Counted from the stretch's first letter, positions 23,544-37,196 are shown. The stretch is DNA of 64,000 nt from Azolla caroliniana (GCA_043228905.1 JBHGNT010000020.1:8804001-8868000), one strand, 5' to 3'. Translations and numbers: made by a program. Notes: generated by a model from the letters alone, not told the origin.

Positions 23544-26500
23544 TCACTCCGGCATGGGGTGTCTTCCGGTCCGATCCTCTTCCAGCATGCATCCCGCTTG
23601 TCGGGTGTTAGCACTTTGGTCAGCATATCTGACCCGTTCTCAGCCGTGTGGATCTTCGTTAGCGTGAACTGTTGGTCATCTACTCTTTCCCGGATCCAGT
23701 GATACCTCCGCTGGATATGCTTCGTCCGGGAATGGTAGGCCGCGTTCTTAGCAAGGTGGATGGCACTTTGACTGTCGCAGTAGAGTCGGTATTCCTCTTG
23801 CCGTATACTGAGCTCTCCGATGAAGTCCTTCATCCATAAAATTTCCTTGCCGGCTTCCACAACCGCCATGTACTCCGCCTCTGTGGTTGACAACGCAACC
23901 GTCTTCTGCAGCCTCAACTGCCACGAAACAGCTCCCCCTGCATATGTCATCACATACCCGGATGTAGACCGGCTGGTATCCACATCAGCCGACATGTCCG
24001 AATCGGTGAAACCGTCCAGTTGAGGTTTTCTGGAGCCGAATCGGAGACACATATTTGAAGTGCCCTTCAAATACCGGAGTATCCATTTGACCGCATTCCA
24101 GTGCTCCTTACCGGGATTGCTCATAAACCGGCTCACCACTCCAACTGCGTATCCTATATCTAGTCGAGTACAAACCATTGCGTACATCAGGCTCCCGACG
24201 GCAGAACCATATGGGATCTTCATCATATCCGCCTTCTCTACTTTCGTCTTCGGGCTTTGCTTACCGGATAGCCTGCAGTTTGCCGGAAGTGTCGATCCGA
24301 CCGATTTTGCTTCTGACATGTTGAACCGGTGAAGCACCTTTCTCACATACTTCTCCTGTGACAGCCATAGTTGCTTCTTTAACCGGTCCCGAATGATGTG
24401 CATCCCCAACATCTATCTTGCCGAACCCAAGCCTTTCATTGAGAAGGTCCGGTTGAGAGCCTTCTTCAGCATCCGTATTTTTACTTGGTCTCGTCCGACG
24501 ATCAACATGTCATCCACGTACAGGAGAAGTATCAAGAAGTCTCCTCCTTCGAACTTCTTCACAAACACGCAGTGATCGACCTGCGTCTTGTGGTACCCTT
24601 GATCGGTCATGAAGGAATCGAACTTCCGGTACCATTGACGGGGAGCCTGCTTCAGTCCGTACAGGCTCTTCTTCAACCGGCATACCAGGTGCTCCTTCCC
24701 TTTCTCCACGAATCCTTCTGGTTGCTGCATGTAGATCTCCTCTTCGAGGTCGCCGTGAAGGAATGCCGTCTTCACGTTCAGCTGCTCTACCTTGAGGTCC
24801 ATGCTTGCCGCTATACTCAGCACCATCCGGATGGAGGTCATCTTTACTACCGGGGCAAATATCTCGTCAAAGTCCACGCCCTTCTTCTGCTGGAACCCCT
24901 TCACCACGATCCTGGCTTTGTATCTCGGGGGGTTGCCGGCATCTCCCGGTTTAACCTTGTACACCCACTTGTTTCGGAGTGCCCGCTTCCCTTTCGGCAA
25001 CTCCACCAATTCGTACGTACGGTTCTCATGCAGGGAATCCATCTCGTGCTGCATGGCACTTAACCATTTTCGGCTGTGGGTGTCATCCTTCGCTTCTTTG
25101 AAGCTTTCCGGCTCCCCCTCATCGGTCAGCAGAACATGCTCTGCATCCGGAAATCGCCGGGGGGCCCTTCTCTCTCTGAGAGGATATCTCCGTCTTCGGG
25201 CTTCGGTAACCGGCTCCTCCATTTGCTCTTCATCCGAATCCGATTCGGGGTCTTGGCCAGTTCCGATTTCAGCTTCCTCTACTTCTTCTTCAACTGGTTT
25301 GGTATCCTCACCGTAACCGGCTGGTTCCTCGAGTGCTAACCGGTCTCTTGCCGGTTGGGTCTGCTCATCGTAGAGTCTATCCTTACCAGTCGACTCAGAG
25401 TTCATTATCTTCTTCTCCGACTCCCAGTCGGCGAGCGTCTTGTCCTCCATGAAGATAATATCTCGACTCTGGAATACCTTCTTGTCGATCGGGTCCCACA
25501 CTAGGTAGCCGAACTCATCGTCACCGTAACTGAGGAATATGCATGGCCGGGCTTTGGATCTAACTTTCCTCTCCGGTCCTTTGCTACATGCACGTACGTG
25601 AGACACCCGAACACCTTCAGATGCCGGTAGGACACTTCCTTACCGGTCCATACTCTTTGTGGCGTGTCTCCGTCCAGGGGTACTGAGGGTGATCGGTTTA
25701 TCACGTATGTCGCCGTCGACAGTGCCTCAGCCCAAAACTTCTTGGGTAGGTTTGCATGCGCTAGCATACCCCGGACCCTCTCCATTATGGTCCGGTTCAT
25801 CCTCTCGGCCAGTCCGTTTAGTTCCGGCGTCTTCGGCACGGTAAATTCGAGCCGGATTCCCTTCGAGCGGCAGTACTCCTCGAACTGCCCCCGGTACACT
25901 CCTCCATTATCTGCTCGAACCGCCTTCAGCTTCCGGCCGGTTTCTCTTTCCACTCTCGCGTGGAGCTCTTTGAAGACGGATAGCACCTGGTCCTTCGTCT
26001 TCAGTGGTGTGGCCCACAGCTTCCGAGTGTGGTCATCTATGAACGTCACGAAGTACTGCGCTCCGGCATGTGACTTCGTGTCTACTTGACACACATCTGT
26101 ATGCACCAACTCCAGTGGTACATTACGTCTCATCGGTGGCCTTGGTCGGAAAGAGGTCCGGTTTCGTTTACCGGCCAGACAATCAGTGCACTTCTCCAAG
26201 TGCACATTCTTCACTGGAATGAGGTTGTCGTCTGCAAGACTCTTCATCCCCTTCTCGCTCATATGACACAGTCTCTTGTGCCAAAGCTCACCGGCAGTGT
26301 CGGATGGCACGTTCACTTCTTCCGGACATAACCGGGCATTCATCAGGTACAACGTGTTTACCTTCCGGGCCTGAGCCACAATCAGGCTCCCTTTGCTGAA
26401 CTTCATGACACCGTTCCGGATGCTACCCGTGTAGCCTTCATCATCTAGCCGACCGGCTGATATCAGGTTCAAACGAACTTCCGGAACGTGTCGGACATCC

Positions 26501-27588
26501 TTCAACAACAACTTGCATCCGGTTGGTGTTGTCAGCCACACGTCTCCTATGCCGACAATTCGGCATGTCCCTTCATTTCCCATCCGGACACAGCCGTGAT
26601 CACCGGCTGAGTAGGATGAGAAGCATTTCCGGTCCGGGGTAAGGTGGAACGACGCTCCGGAGTCTACCACCCAGGTCATCTCGTCGCCGGCAAGGTTTAT
26701 CTCACACTCCTCGGTGATGAGCATCAACTCTTCTTCACTTGGCGCGATTGCCGTCGTCCCCTTCCGGTCAGGCCCCCTCCGGTCTTTACCGTTCCGGTCC
26801 GGGGTCCGCTTCGAATCGGTACCGTCGGTCTCCTTATCTTTTCAGAAATGCCGACAGTTCTTTTGGAAGAGTCCCGGCTTGCCGCAATAGAAGCAAGTAA
26901 GCCTCCCCCTTGACTTTGACCGTGTCCCCGACTTCTCCCGGTTCTGAGGACTACGATTTCTTTGTCTTCCGTGTTCCGATTCGGTAAGGAGCACTTTGGA
27001 GTCGGAGCTCGTATCTTTATCTTTCCGACGCGCCTCCTCATCTAGCAAGCTCGACTTTACTCTTGCTAGGGATAACCGCTTTCCTTCCAGCCCAGCGTTG
27101 CCCAAAGTGACAACCAACGTCTCCCAGCTATCCGGGAGGGAACCGAGCAGGAGTAGCGCAAGTACCTCATCAGCGAGAGGTACTTCCAATGAAGTTGCCT
27201 GGTGGATCAGCCCCTGTAAGGCATTCATGTCCTCCGCCATGCTGGAGCCATCTTGGTACCGGAGTCTTACTAGCTTCCGGAATACCGACACCTGGTTAAC
27301 AGCATTTTCGTTCTGAAACATTATGTCGAACTTCTCCCAGAGCTCATGACCCTTGCTCTCTTCATTGAAGTTGTTGTAGAGGCTCATGTCGATGAAGCAC
27401 TGTACGTACGCCGTTGTCTTCATGTGCATCACCTCCCATATCGCGGGGTCGATTTTGTCCGGTCTCTTGTCCCCGAACTGAACCGGCAGCCAGAGGTCTT
27501 TAACCACGAGCATATCCCTCATCTTCGACTTCCACACTGAATAGTTGGAGCCGATGAGCTTGAACATGCCGCCAAACGATTCGTCCAT
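23544..27588 (-). pseudogene. Copia gag-pol (gag, PR, INT, RT, RNase H) with frameshifts
   Basis: MDESFGGMFKLIGSNYSVWK, CFYCGKPG, WVVDSGASFH, LWHKRLCHM, ELVHTDVC, NGLAERMNRT, YVDDML, ALSTTEAEY, HIQRRYHWIRE. Confidence 0.95.
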
Positions 27589-27604
27589 TTTCTGTGTTGA
27601 TTTC

Positions 27605-27616
27605 GCTTTGATACCA
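27605..27616 (-). promoter_or_regulatory. Copia PBS (tRNA-iMet type)
   Basis: TGGTATCAAAGC, one mismatch to TGGTATCAGAGC, 2 nt inside the 5' LTR. Confidence 0.85.
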
Positions 27617-27618
27617 CT

Positions 27619-28412
27619 TGATGGGAACTGATCGTTCCTTATGCGTAACGTTCGCCACAACCGAGATTCTTTTCATACGCAGAAAACAAGAAATGAAGTG
27701 CGACACAAAGGAGAGGAAGATACATAGGAGGTTAACGTGTAAAATCCCAAACAAGGGAAAAAAAAAAACCACGGCAGCCCACAGGCTGCAAACTGTCACT
27801 ATGTATGAATGTACAAAAGAGTGAGTTCACGGAGGCAACGACCTCGGACTCACGATCTTCGCCATAGGCAGCGGTTACAACAGAGGCAACGACCTCTTTC
27901 TCTCTCTCTCTCTCTCTCCATGTACAGTTACGCACACTAATCTCGTGTAATATAGAAAAATGACAACCACAAACAATATTAGTTTGCCCTAAGTCATATT
28001 TATACTAATATAACTTTTCGGCTATTTACAAATATAGCCACGATGGGCTCTCAGAAACATATTTACGAATATGTCTCTTCCTCCGGTTCATACCGGGTCT
28101 GCACCATCCGGCTCTCTGTAGCCGGGTACTCCGCATCCGGTTCGTACCGGGCCTGCACCATCCGGCTCTCCGTAGCCTGGTACTCCTCATCCAGTTCATA
28201 CCGGGCCTGCATCATCCAGCTCTCCGTAGCCGGGTACTCCTCATCCGGTTCATACCGGGTCTGCATCATCCGGCTCTCCGTAGCCGGGTACTCCTCATCC
28301 TGTTCATACCGGGTCCCAATCATCCGGCTCTCCGTAGCCAGGTCCACCTCATACGGTTTCCCATCGGCACTGTTCTTGCCCTTTCCTATCCGGAGGGACC
28401 TGTCTCCCAACA
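27619..28412 (-). repeat. Copia 5' LTR with (CT)n and ~5 x 54-bp repeats (28083-28342)
   Basis: Unit CCGGTTCATACCGGGTCTGCATCATCCGGCTCTCCGTAGCCGGGTACTCCTCAT; TG...CA ends. Confidence 0.95.
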
Positions 28413-28780
28413 GCAACCTCCATCGCCATCCAGAATTTTTGCATGCAATTGTTAATCTAGCAAAAGTCATGTGAGCACAAATTTAAGATTAAAAGTCAAG
28501 CAAATGTAAAAGCATATGAGTGCAAAATTCATGTGAACCTTGTTTTATCCGACTTGATCACTCTTAGCTCAACATGAGAGCCAATTGCATCATCTGTCAT
28601 AGTTTGTCGAAGCTCCTTCAAAGAGTCAAATTGCCTTCCCTCCACCAAAGCCATTCTATGAGAGACATCAAACATCGAAATGAGAGCGAGATAGAGAGAA
28701 GAAGAAGAAGAAAGCATTGGATCTATACAAAACGATGAGAAACGTTGATGTTTCTTCTTCACATCCAAATGAACATACTT
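28413..28780 (-). pseudogene. MULE transposase 5' fragment (right flank of Copia insertion)
   Basis: Matches 35638-36010. Confidence 0.88.
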
Positions 28781-29000
28781 TGGCACATCTTACGAGCTTG
28801 TGGATTGGTTAACTAAACACTTGTAATTCACTTCGTATCAATTGGCGCACGAACACAAGGACCGGGAAATGATCCAATGCGCACTGTTAGGCGAAACTGA
28901 GCCTAAGGATGAGCAAGAGCTGTAGAGAATCGGCTGACAACAGGATCTCAAGAATAAAGGGGTGGCTATTCAAATGCCTCCTATGCATATAGCTTTGGTC

Positions 29001-31015
29001 ATAGCAGATAAAGGGAAAGACTCTAACATGTATCGATGTGTACGGTTTCCCTGTTCCGCAAAAAATATGGTTTTGTAGTTAGGTGAAACATCTATCGTAT
29101 AATGTGTGAAGCGTGAGCCTCCACATTTGTCCCTTGTCAAGACACATTGGCATTGCAAAAAGGCCTCATTTATAGAGGAATCTAGTGATGCATCATGAAG
29201 CAAGTGTCTCACATCCCATCTACCAAACCATTTTTCTTTATCTTGCATCCAACCGGAACACAAAATTTTGCTTTTATGCGTATTTTGGATCTTTTTGCTT
29301 GCTTCCCATGCAAATCTAGGAAGTCGATGTGAGGGACTTTTTTGAGCCTTAAGCATGTATTCAACAACCCTTTCCATGGCCATGATCTCAATGGGAAGCG
29401 AGCCAGTCTCAAGGAGGAGGAGGAGGGTGTAGGGTGTTTGTTTCTTAACTTGTAGAAACTTTGTAAGAAAATATCTATGGACCTTTTCAAACTCTTTCCA
29501 CGTAGATTTTGGGATGCTATGGCCCCATACTTCCACCCCATAGAGAAGGACCGATGTCACCAAAGTGTCGAAAAGATATTTCTTGAGGACCCAACACTTA
29601 ATATCTCCAAGATTGCATGTGTTGTCAAATGCATAGTATGCTCGCTTACCCGCCTCTAAGCGGTGTGTAGCACATTCATTCCATCTATCATTTGCAAGAA
29701 CTTCAAGGCCAAGATATTTGAAGCTGTTCACAAATTCAAGTGGCTCACTATTGTACATAATGCATGGTTTATCTCTTCTTTTTTTTCACAAGCATAATCT
29801 TTGTTTTAGAGCTATTGACAATTAATTTACGATGCATGCAAAAAATTTCCAATGACTTCATAAGATTTTGTGCATTTCCTAAAGTATTTGCAAAAAACAC
29901 TACATCATCTGCATATAGCAAAAGCATAATCACAACATTCCTAATGACAACTTCTTCAACACATTATTCCTATGCAAACTTGGTAACCATTTCTTCCAAT
30001 TCATCAATGCATAGACCAAATAGTGTTGGTAAGAGTGGGCATCCTTGCTTAACACCAATAGTGCTATTGAAAAAATTTGAAAGTCTGTATCTCATACACA
30101 CACAACATATAACCTTCTCATAAATTCGAGAAATTGCAAGCATATATTCACTTGGCACCTCAAGGTCTTCCATTCGGCTCGAAAGATGCTCACGAGGTAC
30201 CATATCAAAAGCTTTCTTGAAGTCTACAAAGCAACAATATAAACCTTTACATCTAAGGTGACTTTCCTCTATTAATACTCAAAGGGTGAAAAGGTGATCA
30301 ATGGTATTATGGTGTTTTCGAAAGCCAACTTGTCCATAAGCTCTCTTACCATGTTTTTTAGCAAATACACTTATCTTTGATTCATTATACATCCAAATAG
30401 TTTTGCCATTAATGAGGCAACCATCATGGTACGATAGTTGTTTACATTGTTTACATCTACACCTTTATGTAAAGGTTTGATCCAATTTGTAGTCCAATTA
30501 TATGGCATACCATGTTGCAATGCATCATTAAACATATCACTTATCCATACATATGTTTCCTTTCACGTCCATTTGAGCATTTTAGCCTTTATACATTGAA
30601 GATCACTTGCCTTACGAGAGGCCAATTTCCTAAGTCCTATGCATAAAAGAAAGGAGACATATGTGAAAGAGAACCATAACAAATCATGTTTCCAGCAAGA
30701 GATAATTCATATAAATTCATACAATGCATACACTAGTCATGAAGAGTTAAGTCACCATAACTCTCAACATGTTTACCCTTTAGATTTCCCCACAATTTAT
30801 CACATGCATGTGCTTTCTCTTGCGTTTGGATAAATTGTTGAGTAACTTCCCATATTGTTCTCTTTCTTTGAATAAGCCATTTATATTCATGCAAATGCTT
30901 TTGGTAATTTTCTTTATCCTTAACTATATCCAAAACCATAAGGCACTTTCGAGCTTCACGACATTTTTTATTAAACCATTTTTTCCTAAATTTCTTGGTG
31001 CATTTCCCCTTATCA
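29001..31015 (-). pseudogene. LINE RT fragment, module copy 2
   Basis: Paralog of 7019-9025. Preceded by an accessory-ORF piece (28779-29000) and followed by the MULE fragment and Y. Confidence 0.9.
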
Positions 31016-31615
31016 AAACTACCACGCATGTACCATAACAGGATCCCAATTCCAATTGGGTTGGGGGCAACGATTGCATATAATGGAAGCCCGAATTGGT
31101 TTGTTTTAAATGTCAAGTCGATTGCCCAAGAGTTGTTTAGGATCAACCGCTCACACATTTCCAATATCCATTGTTTAGTCCATTGTTTAGGGTCCACCGC
31201 TCACACACATCAAATAGGTCATCGTTGCAACAACTTATGACATTGGGGTGTGCTGGCAAATGGTACACATCTTCGTCTTCATCATCTTCTTCAGAGAAAG
31301 CCCCTTCTTTCAACCTCACAATGCATTATTTGGCCTTAATTGATTGATCATGAGTTGCAACATGATTTGAGAATGCTTATAAATGTAACAATATTAAGGA
31401 AGATACCATTAGATTGCATCTTTTCAAAGCATTCAACTGCTTCTTCAGATTTTCCATATGTAACTTCTCACCCATTCTTCTCAACATAGAGCTACAATTC
31501 TAAAGCTTAGATCTTCTTTGACCCATTTGATTCATCTCCTCTTCTTTCTTTTTTAAGGCCTCAATGCATCTAAGAAGAGAATTTCTGACCACATTGAAGA
31601 CGAGAATCTCCCAAT

Positions 31616-32740
31616 TTCACAACTCGATCAAATATATTCCTTGCCTCTTCTAAGGTTTCACAAGTCGAATACAGGTTGACTAGTGCATTTCCAATGATAA
31701 CATCTGACTCCAGACCATTTTTGAGAATTTGATCATAAATCAGTTGTCCTTCTAAAGCTCCGATCATTGTGCATGACTTTAGAACAGATGAGAATATAAA
31801 GCTACTAGGTTTTACGTGCTTCTTTTGCATTTTCTCAAATACCAATAATGCCAAGAGTCCATAGCCATTCTGGCCATATCCAACAATGAGAGAACCCCAC
31901 AAGACAACATCTTTCTTGGGTGAGATGTCAAATAATTTCTGAGCCTCTTGAATAGCTCCATGATTCGAATACATATCGACAACAGAGCTTCCTACAATAG
32001 CATCAGAATTCATCCCACTTCTAATGACTTGATCATAGAGTATTAAACCCTGCATTGTATCCCCAATAGTGCTACATGCCTTGAGAACACTTGCAAGGAT
32101 GGCATTGTTGGGCTTGATAGTGCCCTTTTGAATCTCTTGGAAGTGCTCAAGGGTAGAATGACCTTGATTATGTCGAGTGTATGAACAAATCAAGGCATTC
32201 CATATAGCCACAACTTGAACTGGTAAGCTATCAAATACCTTCTGAGCTTCATTTAAGCTACCAAAATTCCCATACATGTCAATCAAAGCACTAGAAACAA
32301 TCGGATCTGATATATGCCCCATTCTAATGATCTGATTATGTATATATTTGCCATGAACAATGGATTGAATGCTACCACACGCTTTTAAAGCACAGACAAA
32401 TATAACTTTATCTGGAACAATATTAGACATGACCATTTCATTATAGAGTTGAAGTACAACATTGCCATAGCCATGTTGGGCATATCCAGAAATCAATGCA
32501 CCCCATGAAATAATGTTCCGGTTTTGCAATATGTCGAATGTTCTTTGTGCCTCCTCAAGGCTCCCACACTTGGCATACATATCAATGACTGCACTTCCAA
32601 TCAACATAGCTGATTCAAATCCACTCTCGATTAACTCACCATGAATCAACCTTCCTTGCCTTATTGAAGCCTCATTGCTACATGCTTTCAATGTGGTTAG
32701 AAATGTGACTTTGTCCAGTTTCTCATCTTGTTCATGTAAC
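31616..32740 (-). pseudogene. PLS-class pentatricopeptide repeat gene fragment
   Basis: About 370 aa of uninterrupted P-L-S repeats (DMYAKCGSLEEA, SWGALISGYAQHG, PDKVIFVCALKAC). No targeting peptide or E/DYW domain; both ends are fused to unrelated DNA. Confidence 0.88.
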
Positions 32741-34078
32741 GTCTTGTCCACAATTTTATATGGTTGCAGAATCTCCCAAAGTAGCACATCACAATCTTAC
32801 GCTACCTCAATGTAGGCTTGCTAATTGCTAATGTAAACATGATGTGGAGCATATAAGGCCTATCGATCGGCATCATGAACAGCAATTCAGTAGGTTTGCA
32901 TCAGATTCGCCAAGGATGGTTCATCATGATCTCTCCATTAATCCAAAGGATGACGGGGATATGAGTAGTGGAGAACTATAGTGGCTAGTAATTATTCGAC
33001 AATTCATAAGAATTGTAGGATAGAGTTTCTAGGTTTTCCAAATCCTATTCATGTGAATGCTTAGCACAAGAGTTTCATGTACTAGATAATCATGGATAAA
33101 ATACAAAACGTTTTCCAATCCCTTGATTGCAGAATAATTCCGTACACTTACTAGCCAAGCATTCCTTGGATCACAACTTCTATATCATCTAATAATTCAA
33201 AAGAATCCTAAGTAACGATAGTAGGCTTTACAATCTTTGAATATGAATGTATACCATAGTACTACAGAGATAAAAAAATGCAGAAGAATAATATGCACAT
33301 ACTACTAATATCGGATGAATTTCTTCCATGTTTTTTGTCACATGAAAACATAGTGTTAGCACAAGCTACTACTAATCTCGTAGAGTTGTCCCCCTTTCTT
33401 CTATAGTTAATCATTTCCTCAGACAAATTTTCTCCATTTCATTTGCACACACAACATTAAGAAGGAGTCAAAGCACAAAAATTTCGTACAATAACTCAAA
33501 TGTATATTTTCATTTTCTTTTGTCAAACAACAATCATGAAGAGTGAAACAACAAAGATTCTGCATTTATATCTAATTTTAGACGAATTTCTTCCTTTTTC
33601 CCATACAATAACATTCAGCACGAAAGAACAATAGTTTCCACATAGTTACTACTATATTTCTCTCATATAAGAACAACGACTACTAGCATCAGACATACAT
33701 AAGGATAAGTAGCAAAAGCACAAAGAACATTGTACAATAGCTACTAATCTTAGATGAATTTATTCTCAGTTTCACTCATACAAAACAAAAGTATTTACTG
33801 CCAATCCCAAATGAATTTTTTTCCAATTTTTTTCTTATAACAAATCATCGTAATGATTCTTACTACTAATTTCACATAAACCTCTTCCATTCCTTTCCCG
33901 TACGAAACTAGTTACAATGAAATCCTTACCTGTCCATCTCTTACTTATACACAAGAACATCAAACACGTGTAATTCCAAATTTTACCAATCCAATACAAA
34001 AAGTGTAATTCCAAAAATATCCACAAAATCAAATATATCTATCGAGTGAACAAAATATCTAATAATGCACAATCATCA

Positions 34079-35900
34079 CTAAATTGGGGCCCTACAACTG
34101 CGAGCATTGTGTCCTTTCCCACGGCACCTTCCACAACGATGTTCTTTCTTCTTTGTGCCTTCTTCTATTGTGCGTATACATTTGGTTTTTGGACGTCCCG
34201 GAGGTCTTCGTGTGGTTGGTGGTAACATGCCTGGAACAAAATTATCATGCGTAACAACAACAGGAAATATTGGCTCCTTGTAAGTATCGCAATATGATTG
34301 CAACAAATATGCCTTGTGTGCAAAAGATTGAACTCTTTCTTTTCGAAACAAAATAGCGGCCGCTGCATGTGCACAAGGTAACCGCATATCCTGCCATTGT
34401 CCACAAGTACATATCTTCTTATCCACATAAACAATCCTAACATGTTTCGGAGTATGGATCTCAAAAACATCATTAGTGGATGGCAAAATACGATATAGTC
34501 TTCCACGTTGTATGGATTCTCTAATGAATTTCTCTACATATCCAACCAATGCATTACGTGTTATCTCTCCATTAACCAATCCAGTACGTGCTTTAGAAGT
34601 TTCTCCATTAATCCTCCTTTCATAAAACCATGACTTTATCTTCTGGCGTATCAATTCCATCATCCCTAGAATAGGCATAGCTCTAGCCTCTAACAACCAT
34701 GCATTTAGGGACTCGGCAATGTTAGATGTCAAGTGTCCAAACCTTTTCCCTCAAAACTTACATGTAGCCCAATGTGAGGGGTCGGCGATGCTCCTTAGCC
34801 ATTCAGCTGCATTACTATTTAAAGTGCGAATTTCTCCAATGATAACATCAAAGTCTTGAGTATTAGTTGCATCTGCAGCTTTCCACAACATCCCCAATAG
34901 TTGAGTGCTTTTAAAAGCTTTTCTAAAATTGTCTGATAGATGGCGCATGCAATATCCATGTGATGAATCATTGCCAAACACCAACATGACACCATCCACT
35001 AAACCCTTTTGTCTATCTGAAATAAACGTTAGTGGATCTGTGTGTCGAAGAACATCCTTCAAACTTTGAAGAAACCAACACCAATCATCATCATTCTCTA
35101 CTATTACTACACCAAATGCAATCGGAAACAAAGCACCTTGTGCATCGATGGTAGTAGCCGTGAGAAGGATTCCTAGGTATTTTCCTTTCAAATGAGTTCC
35201 ATCTAGACCAATTATTGGTCTACAATGCATGAAACCATTTATGCTTGCATTGTAAGCAATGAATATGCGAAGAAAGCGGCCTTCAATTGTTTCTTGAACA
35301 TGTGCCACACTACCAGGATTAGCTTCTAAAATGGTTTGGCAATAATTTCGAAGATTTTGATATGCAAATACATGTTCCCCATGGATTTGAGCATGTGCAC
35401 TTTCTTTTGCTTTCCACCCTACCCTGTAAGAGATAGTGACGCCTTTTTCACGACGCACATCACCAATTAGTTCCTTTGGTGTGTATGTAGGATGATCTTT
35501 AAACTTCTCCAATGTTGTTTCAGCCAATCATTTTGAGCTTACTTCTTTGTTCCCTAATTGTTGAGTGCCACCACATTTATGTTCTTCCCTATTCGTCTTG
35601 ATTTGGCATTTTGGACCTCCTTCAATACAAGATGCCTGCAACCTCCACCGCCATCCAGAATTTTTGCATGCAATTGTTAATCTAGCAAAAGTCATGTGAG
35701 CACAAATTTAAGATTAAAAGTCAAGCGAATGTAAAAGCATATGAGTGCAAAATTCATGTGAACCTTGTTTTATCCGACTTGATCACTCTTAGCTCAACAT
35801 GAGAGCCAATTGCATCATCTGTCACAGTTTGTCGAAGCTCCTTCAAAGAGTCAAATTGCCTTCCCTCCACCAAAGCCATTCTATGAGAGACCTCAAACAT
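34079..35900 (-). pseudogene. MuDR/MULE transposase copy 2 (full length, two in-frame stops, GT-AG intron 35682-35763)
   Basis: DBD, LDGTHL / ISDRQKGL / CMRHL / NIAESLN catalytic motifs, SWIM, CGRCRGKGHNARSC. Splicing AG|GTTCAC...CTAG|A restores KTRLTIAC. Confidence 0.93.
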
Positions 35901-35939
35901 CGAAATGAGAGCGAGATAGAGAGAAGAAGAAGAAGAAGA

Positions 35940-36228
35940 AGAAAGCATTGGATCTATACAAAACGATGAGAAACGTTGATGTTTCTTCTTCACATCCAAA
36001 TGAACATACTTTTGTTGCTTTACTCAAGGCTTGTATAAGGTTAAGAGACATGAGAACAAGTCTTCATGTACATGTAGAATGTGATTCGAGAGGTTTCCTA
36101 CATAGTGATATCTCATTGGCTACCACTTTGGTTGATACTTATGCAAAATGTGGCTCAATCGAGAGAACTAGACAGGTTTTCGATAAATTACATGTTAGAG
36201 ATACAATCTCCTGGACTTCATTGATTGT
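35940..36228 (+). pseudogene. PPR fragment
   Basis: ALDLYKTM...FVALLKAC...YAKCGSIE...DTISWTSLI. Confidence 0.85.
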
Positions 36229-36563
36229 GTTTGAAAGACTACCCAAAGAAGAGAATCACATGTTAGAGATACAATCTCTGTCAGCAGTTGGAGAGAATCA
36301 CATCTCTGTCAGCAATTGGAGAGATTGAAGTCAACCGATGAAGGTGGATATTTTAGTATTCCATGGCTTTGCCAAGCTATGAAAGAAGTGGTTCTTTCTA
36401 CACATGGATATGCAGAGGTATTTATCCCTGATCTTCAACGGGCTCTTGCAGAAGGTGATTTCAAATAGTTAGATGAATACTTAGATGACAAAGCTTCTTG
36501 GCATTTGCTGAACTCTCCGAGATGCCATCTCAGAAATAAAAACCTACGATTCTTACGTTGATC

Positions 36564-36935
36564 TAGTTATACATAGCTTCTCACCACATACAGTTGGTTA
36601 TGAACCTTACCTGAGAAGATCTAAAAATTCTCTTCTTAGATGCATTGAGGCATTAAAAAGGAAAGACGAGGAGATGAATCAAGTGGGTCAAAGAAGATCT
36701 AAGCTTGAGAATTGTAGCTCTATGTTGAGAAGAATGGGTGAGAAGTTACATATGGAAAATTTGAAGAAGCAGTTGAATGCTTTGAAAAGATGCAATCTAA
36801 TGGTATCTTCCTTGATATTGTTACATTTATAAGCATTCTCAAAGCATGTTGCAACTTAGGATCAATCAATGAAGACCAAGTAATGCATTGTGAGGTTGAA
36901 AGAAGGGGTTTTCTCTGAAGAAGAAGAAGAAGAAG
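36564..36935 (+). repeat. Segment Y, forward copy (degenerate ORF-like)
   Basis: Inverted match to 41470-41852, 31270-31583 and 9250-9563. Confidence 0.9.
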
Positions 36936-37037
36936 AAATCTTTGAAGGATACAGGAAAAAGAGAAATTAGTAGAAAAAGGGGATTGAATAATAAAAGAAG
37001 AAAGAGCAAACCTAATAATAGAGAAATGACTACATAT

Positions 37038-37040
<3 letters not shown>

Positions 37041-37078
<38 letters not shown>
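37041..37078 (+). repeat. (CA)19 microsatellite
   Basis: Read directly from the sequence. Confidence 0.95.
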
Positions 37079-37084
<6 letters not shown>

Positions 37085-37196
37085 TCACCTGATGAAGACG
37101 ATTGATGATGAACAAGAAAGAAGAGAAAGACTACCCATAGAATCGCTAAGTAAAGAATTTTGTGTTTGACGAGTATTTTGATAAATATGGCTTGTA

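Larger units (their letters stand above)
13764..28412 (-). mobile_element. Rearranged Ty1/Copia (Tto1/Tork-like) inserted in a MULE copy, 5-bp TSD GCAAC
   Basis: LTR starts TGATGGG at 13764 after GCAAC and ends CCCAACA at 28412 before GCAAC. The empty site TGCAACCTCC is seen at ~13113 and ~35637. Confidence 0.9.

Noticed and set aside
28083-28342. 54-bp repeats as a CRISPR array or repeat-protein gene
   Set aside because: There are no unique spacers and no cas genes, and the context is a eukaryotic LTR. The ORFs arise because the stop-free unit length is a multiple of 3.
31570-32787. Intact PPR gene
   Set aside because: It has no proper ATG or targeting peptide and no E/DYW end. Both termini run into unrelated sequence.
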